Assembly: GCA_902782245.1 (NCBI GenBank)
Contig: CACZMI010000006.1
Coordinates: 5,478 to 69,477, forward strand
Reading direction: 5' to 3'
DNA length: 64,000 bases
Source: an uncultured Bacteroidales bacterium
GTDB lineage: Bacteria > Bacteroidota > Bacteroidia > Bacteroidales > Bacteroidaceae
Shown here: in pieces, positions 1-9,505 of the stretch
Layout of the letters: each line of letters starts with the position of its first letter
Numbering within the stretch: the stretch's first letter is position 1
Made by a program: the position numbers and the translations under genes
Notes under the pieces: model-generated
Seen by the model: only the letters and a program-made list of their open reading frames with translations
What the model was told of the DNA's origin: nothing
Databases searched by the model: none

Positions 1-223
1 GGAGTTTCTGGTCGCGGATCTGGACCTCTTTCTCCAATTCGGCCTTTTTATTAAGGAATTTCTCCTTTACTTCAAGCAGTTTGTCACGCTTGATGGCTTC
101 TGCCTGGTTCTCAGCCTCTTCCAGACGATTCTGGACTTTCTTATTTAATCTGCTGTTGGAAAGGATGTACGCAATCACTGCGCCAACCAGGAGTCCAACA
201 AATCCTGAAATGATGTATAACAT
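1..223 (-). CDS. rny: Ribonuclease Y, N-terminal fragment (gene runs off the window start)
   Basis: A minus-strand ATG at 221-223 opens a frame that reaches the window edge: MLYIISGFVGLLVGAVIAYILSNSRLNKKVQNRLEEAENQAEAIKRDKLLEVKEKFLNKKAELEKE. This is a membrane anchor followed by a charged coiled coil, typical of the RNase Y N-terminus. It lies downstream of zapA. It is absent from the ORF track because it is open-ended. Confidence 0.7.
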   Translation of the reverse strand, partial: MLYIISGFVGLLVGAVIAYILSNSRLNKKVQNRLEEAENQAEAIKRDKLLEVKEKFLNKKAELEKEVQIRDQKL

Positions 224-340
224 AGTCTATCTCCCGTTATGTTGTATATATAATACGCACCTGCCTGCTACGGAAGGGTTGGGAGACCACCTTTCTGACA
301 GGAAAGTGCGCGTAAACCTCTTTGTGAAATGTCCGGAATC

Positions 341-664
341 TTACTCCTGAGGAGCAGCAGCGATGTTGTTCAGGATGGAGTCCAACTCCTTATCCATCTG
401 CTGTATCTTTTCCTTATACGGAGCCGTATCATTGAAATCCTCAAGCATGACGTTGACCATTGCAATATGCACGGCAGCCATCACGTAGTATTTCTCTTCA
501 CTCAACTGCGGGAAATGCTCGCGGTAACGGTTGAGTTTATCGTTGATACGTCTGGCGGCTTCACGGTACAGCCTCTCATCCTTTCTGCGGATGGTGAGAG
601 GGTAGTATGTTCCGCCTACCATCAGTTTGATTTCAAACAATTCATCCATTGCTTCTTCTGCCAT
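341..664 (-). CDS. zapA: Cell division protein ZapA
   Basis: 107 aa. The segment FEIKLMVGGTYYPLTIRRKDERLYREAARRINDKLNRYRE matches the ZapA pattern (single-domain protein followed by a helical tail). It sits immediately upstream of rny. Confidence 0.8.
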   Translation of the reverse strand: MAEEAMDELFEIKLMVGGTYYPLTIRRKDERLYREAARRINDKLNRYREHFPQLSEEKYYVMAAVHIAMVNVMLEDFNDTAPYKEKIQQMDKELDSILNNIAAAPQE

Positions 665-667
665 AGG

Positions 668-961
668 TTACACGTTTAACAGTTTTATGCAATGGTCTAT
701 CTCGCGCACCAGTCCCGTTATCCTGCGTTTGGTGTCATCTATGTCATGACCCGAAACCTCCAGGACTTTGGACCGTTTCAAATTCTGATATGATTCCTTC
801 ATGCCGGCAAGCTCGTCTTTCAATTGCCTGATTTCCTCATCCTTGGCGTCCAGCTGGCTTTGGAGTCGGGAATTGCTGCATTTGACGGTGTCGTAGAGAT
901 CAACCAGTTTCCTGATTTTCCCCTCGAACTGCTCAATCAGTCTGGAATCGTCCTCAGTCAT
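668..961 (-). CDS. Coiled-coil protein, possible ZapB-like division partner (function unproven)
   Basis: 97 aa, strongly heptad and charged (LQSQLDAKDEEIRQLKDELAGMKESYQNLK). Only 3 nt separate it from zapA, which suggests one operon. Confidence 0.65.
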   Translation of the reverse strand: MTEDDSRLIEQFEGKIRKLVDLYDTVKCSNSRLQSQLDAKDEEIRQLKDELAGMKESYQNLKRSKVLEVSGHDIDDTKRRITGLVREIDHCIKLLNV

Positions 962-1037
962 ACTCTGATTATTATATCAGTATTTGAAGTACAAATATAG
1001 TAATAATATGAAAATGGCCCATGGAAAGGCCGTTTTT

Positions 1038-1691
1038 TTATCTGTTTTTGAGCATTTCACGGGCGGCCTCCAGGTCCTCTTTCTTACGGGGCTCCTTCTT
1101 GGCCAGAACGAGCGTGTTGAACGCATATTCGCTCATCCATTTCTCGCTGAATCCCAGATGCTGCTGGTACTGGCGGATGCTGAATACGGTCTTGTAACTG
1201 GCCTCGTCCTTCCATGAATTGTTGGTCATGATCTTGTGGACCGCATCCTCGGTCATGGTCCTGAGGGCGTTACGCATGAATGACGGCACACGGAATTTCC
1301 ACTTGAGAATGGTTCCAACCTGCATCATGAGGTCTGAACTGAAGCCCTGGAACTGGAACATGAAAGCCTGGAGCATATTTACGTTGCGGCAGTTCTTGCG
1401 GATGCATGAGTCAATCTCCTTGAAGAAATCATCGGATATGCCATACATCTGTCCCATCATCTTCTTGCAGCGGGTCTTCTCAGCCACACCTAATTTATTG
1501 CCTTGGGTCTGTATCTTGAGACCGCGCTTGAATGTGGCCAGGTCGGGGAGCATGTTGATGTTGGTGATGCCCAGGTTTCCTGCTATCTCAGCCTGCAGGT
1601 AAACGCGGATAAGAGTCATAAAGTCCTCCATTCCACCGACGTTTTCCACCTCGTCTTTTTTCTTTGAAAAAATGTTCTTTAAAAAGCCCAT
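1038..1691 (-). CDS. Hypothetical cytoplasmic protein, family not recognised
   Basis: 217-aa ORF with clean coding character, no signal peptide and no motif I can name. It is divergent from gap. Confidence 0.7.
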   Translation of the reverse strand: MGFLKNIFSKKKDEVENVGGMEDFMTLIRVYLQAEIAGNLGITNINMLPDLATFKRGLKIQTQGNKLGVAEKTRCKKMMGQMYGISDDFFKEIDSCIRKNCRNVNMLQAFMFQFQGFSSDLMMQVGTILKWKFRVPSFMRNALRTMTEDAVHKIMTNNSWKDEASYKTVFSIRQYQQHLGFSEKWMSEYAFNTLVLAKKEPRKKEDLEAAREMLKNR

Positions 1692-1768
1692 ATTTCTATA
1701 CCTATTAATCTTAAACTGTTTTAACCTTATTACTTTCGTAATTGTTCGCGAAAGTAAAAAGAATTTCT

Positions 1769-1776
1769 TAATTTTG
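1769..1776 (+). promoter_or_regulatory. Bacteroidota sigma-A -7 box (TAATTTTG) for gap
   Basis: TAATTTTGCGCC matches the TAnnTTTG consensus and lies about 58 nt upstream of the gap ATG. The same extended 12-mer recurs upstream of rplU and nqrA. Confidence 0.45.
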
Positions 1777-1807
1777 CGCCGTTTTTAAGGAGAAAGAGAA
1801 TTTCTGA

Positions 1808-2833
<1,026 letters not shown>

Positions 2834-2855
2834 GCTTTACAAAGTGATTATAGAA

Positions 2856-2887
2856 AATCCTCGCAGAAATGCGGGGATTTTTTTTTA
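2856..2887 (+). terminator. Rho-independent terminator after gap
   Basis: 9-bp stem AATCCTCGC / GCGGGGATT with a 6-nt loop, followed by a T9 run. Confidence 0.7.
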
Positions 2888-2901
2888 TCTTCGTCCCTGT
2901 T

Positions 2902-3822
2902 ATGCGCAATTTTGACCTGATAACCATACTTGGACCTACGGCATGCGGTAAGACAAAGCTTGCCGTAGCTCTGGCCGACCGCATAGGCGGCGAGATACTG
3001 AGCGCTGACAGCCGTCAGGTATACCGCGGTATGGATATCGGTACCGGTAAGGATCTGGCTGATTATGAGATTAACGGTCACGGGATTCCTTATCACCTGA
3101 TTGACATTGCCGAGCCTGGAAGCAAATACAATGTGTATGAGTTTCAGGGTGATTTTCTCAAGGCATACAAGGACGTGGTGTCACGTGGTGTCCAGCCTAT
3201 AATGTGCGGTGGAACCGGGCTTTATCTGGAGTCGGTGCTGCGCGGGTATCGGCTCATACCTGTTCCTGAGAACCCGCAGTTGCGCAAGTCCTTGGAAGGC
3301 AAGACACTGGCAGAACTGACCGAGATACTCAAGGGATACAAGACGCTGCATAACACTACCGATGTTGACACCTGCAAGCGTGCCATCCGTGCCATCGAGA
3401 TTGAGGAGTGCTACCGTAACACCCCGGTTGAGGTGGGCGCTTTCCCCACGCTCAGGAGTCTGAACATAGGTGTGGACATAAGCCGGGAACAAAGGCGTGA
3501 GCTTATAAGCAGCCGTCTTGAGAAACGTCTTCAGGAAGGTATGATTGATGAGATCAAGGGTCTCCTTGACAGAGGGATACCGGCCGATGACCTCATCTAT
3601 TACGGACTTGAATATAAATATGTTACCCTGTATGTGACAGGGCAGTTGGAATATAAGTATCTGCTCCAGGAACTGGAGGTTGCAATACACCAGTTCGCCA
3701 AGCGGCAGATGACCTGGTTCCGGGGAATGGAACGTCGCGGCATACATATTGAGTGGATTCCGTTTGAGTGGAGTACCGATGATAAGGTAGCCCGTATTTT
3801 AGAATTAATGCAGAATCAATGA
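2902..3822 (+). CDS. miaA: tRNA dimethylallyltransferase
   Basis: GPTACGKT P-loop and SADSRQVYRGMDIGTGK. I chose the start at MRNFDLITILGPT (2902) because the track start at 2869 lies inside the gap terminator. Confidence 0.92.
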   Translation: MRNFDLITILGPTACGKTKLAVALADRIGGEILSADSRQVYRGMDIGTGKDLADYEINGHGIPYHLIDIAEPGSKYNVYEFQGDFLKAYKDVVSRGVQPIMCGGTGLYLESVLRGYRLIPVPENPQLRKSLEGKTLAELTEILKGYKTLHNTTDVDTCKRAIRAIEIEECYRNTPVEVGAFPTLRSLNIGVDISREQRRELISSRLEKRLQEGMIDEIKGLLDRGIPADDLIYYGLEYKYVTLYVTGQLEYKYLLQELEVAIHQFAKRQMTWFRGMERRGIHIEWIPFEWSTDDKVARILELMQNQ

Positions 3823-4745
3823 TGACCGTTGAAGAAGAGAGATGGGGAATAGTATATGTACCCCGTGCAGGTGTCAGCAATACACTCAAGAGGTGGGAGC
3901 AGATAAGAGAGTATCTTGAGTTCCGCAAGGTCAAGTATGACGTGGTGCAGTCCGAGGGCGAAGGCTCTATCGAGCGCATCACACGCATGCTGGTTGACAG
4001 CGGACACAAGACAATTGTGGTCGTGGGTGGCGATGAGGCACTGAACGATGCAATCAATGCCATTATGTTCTCTCCCCGTGAGATACGCCAGAACCTTACA
4101 TTCGGCATAGTTCCAAACGGTATAGGTAATGACTTTGCCAGTTTCTGGGGACTTGAGGTGGATAATTACAAGAAGGCTATCCACAGTATTATCGAGCATC
4201 GGACCAAGAAGATAGATGTGGGATACTGCTCCTTCCAGGAGGATGGAATGGAGAAGGTCCGCTATTTCCTTATGTCAGTAAACGTCGGTCTTGGTGCACA
4301 GGCTATCCGTTTGTCGGATATATGCAAGAGGTTCGGTAAGAAAAACCCGGCATATCTGCTTGCCATATTCAGCCTGTTCAAGGAACGTAAGCAGTACAAG
4401 ATGCGTATCAAGGTTAACAGTGAGGAGATAAACGACAAGATAATGACTATCTGTATAGGTAATTCGCGCGGTTACGGTATGACTCCCAGTGCTGTGCCTT
4501 ACAACGGATGGCTGGATCTGTCGGTTGTTTACAGACCCAAGTTCTGGCAGACCATCCGCGGTCTGTACATGATTCTGCACGGCAAGTTCCTGAATCATGA
4601 GCAGGTTCGCCCGTATCGTACCAAGCAGATTGAGATACTTGACGCAGACGGTACGCTGACATGTATTGACGGTCGTACTCTGAATCATACATTCCCGCTC
4701 AAGGTGTCACTTGAGCCGGCAGTTATCAATTTTATAATTCCCTGA
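3819..4745 (+). CDS. Diacylglycerol/lipid kinase family protein (YegS/BmrU-like)
   Basis: 308 aa with a DAGK catalytic-domain layout: VVVGGDEALNDAINAI (a variant of GGDGT) and GIVPNGIGNDFA. The start overlaps the miaA stop (ATGATGA). Confidence 0.82.
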   Translation: MMTVEEERWGIVYVPRAGVSNTLKRWEQIREYLEFRKVKYDVVQSEGEGSIERITRMLVDSGHKTIVVVGGDEALNDAINAIMFSPREIRQNLTFGIVPNGIGNDFASFWGLEVDNYKKAIHSIIEHRTKKIDVGYCSFQEDGMEKVRYFLMSVNVGLGAQAIRLSDICKRFGKKNPAYLLAIFSLFKERKQYKMRIKVNSEEINDKIMTICIGNSRGYGMTPSAVPYNGWLDLSVVYRPKFWQTIRGLYMILHGKFLNHEQVRPYRTKQIEILDADGTLTCIDGRTLNHTFPLKVSLEPAVINFIIP

Positions 4746-4749
4746 TAAG

Positions 4750-5541
4750 ATGGCACTTTTTAAGGATTCCAAGAATTTCTTCCTGCTGGCAGGCCCTTGT
4801 GTTATAGAAGGCGAGGATATGGCCATGCGCATTGCTGAGAAGTGTGTCGATATTACCTCGCGCCTGGGTATTCCTTATGCGTTCAAGGGCTCTTTCAAGA
4901 AAGCCAACCGCTCCAGGATTGACTCGTTCACCGGAATAGGTGATGAAAAGGCTCTCAAGATACTTGCACGTGTACGCAAGGAGTTCGGTATTCCTGTCGT
5001 GACCGATATCCATCGCGAGGAGGATGCCGCCATGGCTGCCGATTATGTTGATATACTGCAGATTCCGGCATTCCTGTGCCGCCAGACGGACCTTCTTGTA
5101 GCCGCTGCCCGTACCGGCAAGACCGTGAATATCAAAAAAGGCCAGTTCCTGGCTCCCGATGCCATGCAGTTTGCCGCCCAGAAGGTGGCTGATGCCGGCA
5201 ATAATAACATAATGCTTACTGAGCGCGGAAGCACATTCGGTTATCAGGACCTGGTGGTTGATTTCCGCGGCATACCCCAGATGCAGAAATTCGGATATCC
5301 TGTAGTTGTGGACTGCACACATTCATTGCAGCGTCCCAACCAGACCAGCGGAGTTACAGGCGGTCAGCCTGAACTGATAGAGACCATATCCAAGGCGGCA
5401 GTAGCAGTAGGCGCTGACGGTCTGTTCATGGAGACTCACATGAATCCCGCAGAGGCCAAGAGCGACGGAGCCAATATGCTGCCGCTGGACCTGCTTGAAG
5501 GGTTGCTCACAAAACTGGTGCGGATTCGTGCCGCATTATAA
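4750..5541 (+). CDS. kdsA: 3-deoxy-8-phosphooctulonate (KDO8P) synthase
   Basis: 263 aa. KGSFKKANRS, VVTDIH and LQIPAFLCRQTDLL motifs. Confidence 0.95.
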   Translation: MALFKDSKNFFLLAGPCVIEGEDMAMRIAEKCVDITSRLGIPYAFKGSFKKANRSRIDSFTGIGDEKALKILARVRKEFGIPVVTDIHREEDAAMAADYVDILQIPAFLCRQTDLLVAAARTGKTVNIKKGQFLAPDAMQFAAQKVADAGNNNIMLTERGSTFGYQDLVVDFRGIPQMQKFGYPVVVDCTHSLQRPNQTSGVTGGQPELIETISKAAVAVGADGLFMETHMNPAEAKSDGANMLPLDLLEGLLTKLVRIRAAL

Positions 5542-5543
5542 TA

Positions 5544-5573
5544 ATAAAGGCTCGCAGATTTGCGAGCCTTTAT
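5544..5573. terminator. Bidirectional terminator between convergent kdsA and serS
   Basis: 12-13 bp perfect stem ATAAAGGCTCGCA / TGCGAGCCTTTAT flanked by A/T runs on both sides. Confidence 0.75.
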
Positions 5574-5577
5574 TTTA

Positions 5578-6897
5578 TCAGTTGATCATTTCAAATCCCG
5601 TGTAGGGAACCAATGCCTTGGGAATCTTGATACCGTCAGGTGTCTGGTTGTCCTCCAGGATTGCTGCTACTATACGCGGCAGGGCAAGAGCAGAACCGTT
5701 CAGTGTGTGGCAGAGCTCGGCTTTCTTCTCGCCGGCCTTGCGGTAACGGCATTTCAGACGGTTGGCCTGGTAAGTGTCAAAGTTTGATACTGATGAAACC
5801 TCAAGCCAGCGGCCCTGAGCCTCCGAGTATACCTCAAAGTCATAGCAGATGGCCGATGTAAAGCTCTGGTCACCGCCGCAAAGACGCAGGATGCGGTAGG
5901 GGAGTTCCAGTTTCTGGAGCAGACCCTCTACGTGTGCCAGCATCTCCTTGTGGCTCTCGGCTGAGTGCTCGGGAGTATCAATGCGTACAATCTCAATCTT
6001 TGAGAACTCATGCAAACGGTTCAGTCCGCGAACATCCTTACCGTAAGATCCGGCCTCGCGGCGGAAGCACTGGGTGTATGCGCAGTTCTTTATTGGCAAC
6101 TGCTTCTCATCCAGGATTACGTCACGGTAGATATTGGTTACGGGAACCTCGGCGGTAGGAATCAGATAGAGGTCATCAACCTCACAGTGGTACATCTGGC
6201 CCTCCTTGTCGGGCAGCTGTCCTGTGCCGTAACCCGATGCGGGATTTACAACGGTAGGAGGCATGATCTCGGTGTAACCGGCCTTGTTTGCCTCGGCCAG
6301 GAAGAAGTTTATGAGTGCGCGCTGCAGCTGTGCACCTTTTCCTATATATACGGGGAATCCTGCACCGGTAATCTTAACACCCAGGTCAAAGTCAATCAGG
6401 TTGTACTTCTTGGCCAGTTCCCAGTGAGGAACCTTTGCGTTGGTGTTCTCGGGGTTGCAGGTCCAGTTGCCTACTGTATCCTGTCCGATTACACACTCCT
6501 TGAGGTTTGACTTTACTACCCAGTTGTCCTCGGCACATGTGCCCTCGGGAACCTCAGGGTAGGGTATGTTGGGGATTGTGCAGAGCAGGGTGGTCAGATC
6601 GTTCTCGGCCTGCTCTTTCTGTGCCTCCAGTTCTGCGGCAGCCACTTTGAGTTCGGCAACCTTAGCCTTGGCCTGCTCGGCCTCCTCCTTGTTGCCGGCC
6701 TTCATGGCCTGTCCGATCTTGGCTGCAAGTACCTTACCTTCGGCAAGATTGTTATCCAACTGTGCCTGGGCCTTCTTTCTGTTATCATTCAGTTTTATAG
6801 CCTGGGCAATTGCCTCCTCAGCATTCTTGAAATGCTTCTTATTAAGACCTGCTATAACCTGCTCGGTCTGTTCTGTGATCTGTTTGAGTGTGAGCAT
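5578..6897 (-). CDS. serS: Serine--tRNA ligase
   Basis: 439 aa. N-terminal coiled-coil arm, class II motif 2 (FRREAGSYGKDVRGLNRLHEF) and motif 3 (GSALALPR). Confidence 0.97.
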   Translation of the reverse strand: MLTLKQITEQTEQVIAGLNKKHFKNAEEAIAQAIKLNDNRKKAQAQLDNNLAEGKVLAAKIGQAMKAGNKEEAEQAKAKVAELKVAAAELEAQKEQAENDLTTLLCTIPNIPYPEVPEGTCAEDNWVVKSNLKECVIGQDTVGNWTCNPENTNAKVPHWELAKKYNLIDFDLGVKITGAGFPVYIGKGAQLQRALINFFLAEANKAGYTEIMPPTVVNPASGYGTGQLPDKEGQMYHCEVDDLYLIPTAEVPVTNIYRDVILDEKQLPIKNCAYTQCFRREAGSYGKDVRGLNRLHEFSKIEIVRIDTPEHSAESHKEMLAHVEGLLQKLELPYRILRLCGGDQSFTSAICYDFEVYSEAQGRWLEVSSVSNFDTYQANRLKCRYRKAGEKKAELCHTLNGSALALPRIVAAILEDNQTPDGIKIPKALVPYTGFEMIN

Positions 6898-6916
6898 CGG
6901 AATAAATCTTTTAAAT

Positions 6917-6949
6917 AAAAAAGGCCCACAAATTCAGTGAGCCTCTTTT
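6917..6949 (-). terminator. Terminator after rpmA
   Basis: On the minus strand, stem GGCTCAC / GTGGGCC (one G-U pair) followed by TTTTTT. It lies between the rpmA stop and the serS start. Confidence 0.6.
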
Positions 6950-6964
6950 ATGTCGTTTGGTTTA

Positions 6965-7237
6965 TCAGGCCTCAGCTTTCTCCTCTACGGGGATTACTGA
7001 AACATAGCTTCTGTCCTTACGGCCTTTCTTGAACTGAACAACACCGTCAACAAGTGCGAACAGGGTGTGGTCTTTACCCATACCGATGTTCTCGCCCGGA
7101 TTGTGCTGTGTACCGCGCTGACGAACTATGATGTTACCTGCTTTTGCATACTGTCCACCCCAAATCTTAACGCCCAGACGCTTGCTGGCAGACTCACGGC
7201 CGTTCTTAGAACTACCTACACCTTTTTTATGTGCCAT
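6965..7237 (-). CDS. rpmA: 50S ribosomal protein L27
   Basis: 90 aa starting [16 protein letters not shown]. Confidence 0.97.
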   Translation of the reverse strand: MAHKKGVGSSKNGRESASKRLGVKIWGGQYAKAGNIIVRQRGTQHNPGENIGMGKDHTLFALVDGVVQFKKGRKDRSYVSVIPVEEKAEA

Positions 7238-7256
7238 TTCTTTCTAATTTTTAGGG

Positions 7257-7574
7257 TTATGCTACTACTTCCTTAACCAGAAGCTCTGTGAACTGCTGGC
7301 GGTGACCGTTGAGCTTACGGTAACCTTTTCTTCTTCTCTTGTGGAATACAAGAACCTTGTCACCCTTTACGAGCGGGGTCTTGACCTCACATACTACCTT
7401 TGCGCCCTTAACGGTAGGAGCACCTACGGTGACCTTTCCGTCCTTGTCGGCGAGAAGGATCTTCTCGAACTCTACGCTTGCACCGGCCTCAACGTCCTGA
7501 ATGTGGTGCACGAACAGCTTCATTCCCTCTTCAATCTTGAACTGCTGTCCCTGAATTTCAGCAATAACGTACAT
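7257..7574 (-). CDS. rplU: 50S ribosomal protein L21
   Basis: 105 aa starting [17 protein letters not shown]. It is adjacent to rpmA, the conserved rplU-rpmA pair. Confidence 0.97.
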   Translation of the reverse strand: MYVIAEIQGQQFKIEEGMKLFVHHIQDVEAGASVEFEKILLADKDGKVTVGAPTVKGAKVVCEVKTPLVKGDKVLVFHKRRRKGYRKLNGHRQQFTELLVKEVVA

Positions 7575-7660
7575 TAAATCTTGCTTTTATTCGTTTCTCC
7601 GTGAGGTGGCCCGCCCACTGTGGCAGACACTTCTCATACCTCTGCGGCACTAATCGGGCG

Positions 7661-7668
7661 CAAAATTA
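7661..7668 (-). promoter_or_regulatory. -7 box (TAATTTTG on the minus strand) for rplU-rpmA
   Basis: The minus strand reads ACTAATTTTGCGCCCG. It would leave a leader of about 80 nt before the rplU ATG. Confidence 0.4.
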
Positions 7669-7722
7669 GTATTTTACACCATCATGGCAAAATATTTTGA
7701 TTGTTTTTTTAAAAAGCGTCAC

Positions 7723-8226
7723 TCAGTTATTGAACAACTCATCGATTGAGTAATAGGTATTGAAGCCGATAGTCAGTCCGTTGCCCGGCAACGTGTTCAA
7801 CTGGTATCTGTTATACCACATGAGTATCTCATAATTGATTGATTCCCAATTGTAGCGTTTGAACATTGACGGGTCAATCATATTATCCGGCATCTGTATC
7901 GGCTCGAGTTCTTTCTGCTTTTTCATACTGATCTCATAGTACTTCCTGTCTATACCAAGATCCATAGTCTCATAACCGACTCGTGATACCTCTATCCTGT
8001 TGTCCGGATTGGACAGACGGAATGAGAACTCTCCGTTGGCATCGGTAATACCATCGGCCATAATACGATCATAACCGTTTTTCTCGGTGACATGTATTCC
8101 TGCGAGAGGTCCGTCAATTCCCATCACTCTGCCGTAAATCAATTCACCCTTGGCCGGTTTATCCTGAGCAGACACAGCAGTAAAACTTACCACTGATAAC
8201 AACAATAAAGCAAAAGTCTTTTTCAT
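7723..8226 (-). CDS. Secreted protein with a stand-alone carboxypeptidase-regulatory-like (CarboxypepD_reg-type) domain
   Basis: 167 aa. Signal peptide MKKTFALLLLSVVSFTAVSAQ, then GRVMG..G.PLAGIHV...ANGEFSFRL..PDNRIEVSRVGYET, the fold signature normally found at the N-terminus of TonB-dependent receptors. It is a paralog of the 60788..61186 product. Confidence 0.8.
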   Translation of the reverse strand: MKKTFALLLLSVVSFTAVSAQDKPAKGELIYGRVMGIDGPLAGIHVTEKNGYDRIMADGITDANGEFSFRLSNPDNRIEVSRVGYETMDLGIDRKYYEISMKKQKELEPIQMPDNMIDPSMFKRYNWESINYEILMWYNRYQLNTLPGNGLTIGFNTYYSIDELFNN

Positions 8227-8323
8227 ATCCGTGATTGTTTTGTTTGCTGCAAAAATATCACTTAATCACATATGAAACCAAGCAAAAAGCGTTGCAAAAT
8301 CGTCGCATTCTTTGCGTGGGGAA

Positions 8324-9505
8324 TCAGCGGAGCTTGTGGGACTCGAAGTGACGGCGGATGGAGGTGAAGTAGAAGATGAGGCCGAACTGGTTGACTGCCC
8401 AGGCGGCCCAGAAGGCACTGTGGTAGCCGAAGTATTCGGAAAACAGGCCGCCTATGAGTACGCCTAAGCCTACGCCGGCATCCCAGGAGGTCAGGATGGA
8501 GGAGTTTGCGGTGCCGCGCTGCGAGTGCTCGGCCAGGTTGATGAACATAGTCTGGAAAGCGGGGTACATGTGGCCATTTCCCAAACCTATTATAAGAGCT
8601 GCTCCATAATAACCGATGGGGTTGTGCAGGGCGGCAAACAGCAGGTAGCCGAATATGCTGACCGATACGCCCATCGTGGCGTTGCGGGACACCTTGTTCT
8701 CACGCAGGGCATGGGCGCCGGTAAGTCGTGAGAGTATGAGTCCGGCAGCGCAGAGACCAAAGAAAAGTCCCGTTCCACCGGTGATTCCAAGCTCCTCCTT
8801 ACCGTAAATGGCCACGTAAGTGGAGAGCACTCCGTAACTGAAAGCAAAACTTGCAATGCCTATGGCCTCACGCCACCCGTGAAGCAGAAAGAAACGGTCC
8901 AGTGAGAGCACCTTCTTTTCAGTAACGAAGTCGCGTTTGGGAAGGCGTATGGAGAGTTCCAGAATAAGTCCGATGAACGATGCGGCCAGCGATACCCAGA
9001 AAAGCGCCTTGTAACTGCCGCCGAATGCACCCAGAAGCACGATTGCCAGAGCGGGTCCAAGTGCCATAGCCAGATTGTTGCTAAGACCGTAATAGCCTAT
9101 GGCCTCACCGCGGCGGGAAGATGGTACCACATCAATGGCCACAGTGCTGGCAGCAACGGTGGTGGCCCCGAAAGGAGCGCCGTGCAGGGTGCGGAATATG
9201 GCGAATGCTGCAAGAGATCCGGCAACTATGTATCCCACGAATATGCTGAAGAACAGAGTGCCGCAAACCACCAGCACCGTCTTGCGCGGAAAACTGTCCA
9301 CCATATAGCCGCTGAAAGGGCGTATTACCAGCGCCATGATAGTATAGCCGGTAAGAACCATTCCTATGGTATCCTTGGTGGCCCCGAATGTCTCGCTGAG
9401 ATAAAGGGGAAGTAGCGGAACAATGAGCATAAAAGAGAAATGGACCAGGAAGTTTGTGGTCCATATCTTAATGTAGTTGGCGTTCCAAAGTTTCTCCCTG
9501 GTCAT
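8324..9505 (-). CDS. MFS transporter
   Basis: 393 aa with about 12 predicted TM segments and an MFS-type loop (SGYMVDSFPRK). Its start overlaps the metH stop (ATGA), which suggests translational coupling. Confidence 0.9.
   Translation of the reverse strand: MTREKLWNANYIKIWTTNFLVHFSFMLIVPLLPLYLSETFGATKDTIGMVLTGYTIMALVIRPFSGYMVDSFPRKTVLVVCGTLFFSIFVGYIVAGSLAAFAIFRTLHGAPFGATTVAASTVAIDVVPSSRRGEAIGYYGLSNNLAMALGPALAIVLLGAFGGSYKALFWVSLAASFIGLILELSIRLPKRDFVTEKKVLSLDRFFLLHGWREAIGIASFAFSYGVLSTYVAIYGKEELGITGGTGLFFGLCAAGLILSRLTGAHALRENKVSRNATMGVSVSIFGYLLFAALHNPIGYYGAALIIGLGNGHMYPAFQTMFINLAEHSQRGTANSSILTSWDAGVGLGVLIGGLFSEYFGYHSAFWAAWAVNQFGLIFYFTSIRRHFESHKLR

Noticed and set aside
2869-2901. The upstream ATG at 2869, which would extend miaA by 11 codons (MRGFFFIFVPV).
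   Set aside because: The ATG lies within the gap terminator stem, and the extra codons are the terminator's T-run translated as Phe. The conserved MiaA N-terminus begins at the Met at 2902.
4020-4050. The lipid-kinase nucleotide-binding motif reads GGDEAL instead of the canonical GGDGT.
   Set aside because: This is a single-motif deviation in an otherwise normal DAGK-family protein. It could be normal for the subfamily and cannot be evaluated without a family alignment.
6330-6480. Apparent insertion of about 15 residues with two Cys (SNLKECVIGQDTVGNWTCNPENTNA) in SerRS, between the tRNA-binding arm and the catalytic core. The protein is 439 aa against the usual 425 aa or so.
   Set aside because: I cannot establish this without an alignment to orthologs. 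Loop-length variation at this position is common and there is no functional motif. It is noted only as a possible lineage marker.
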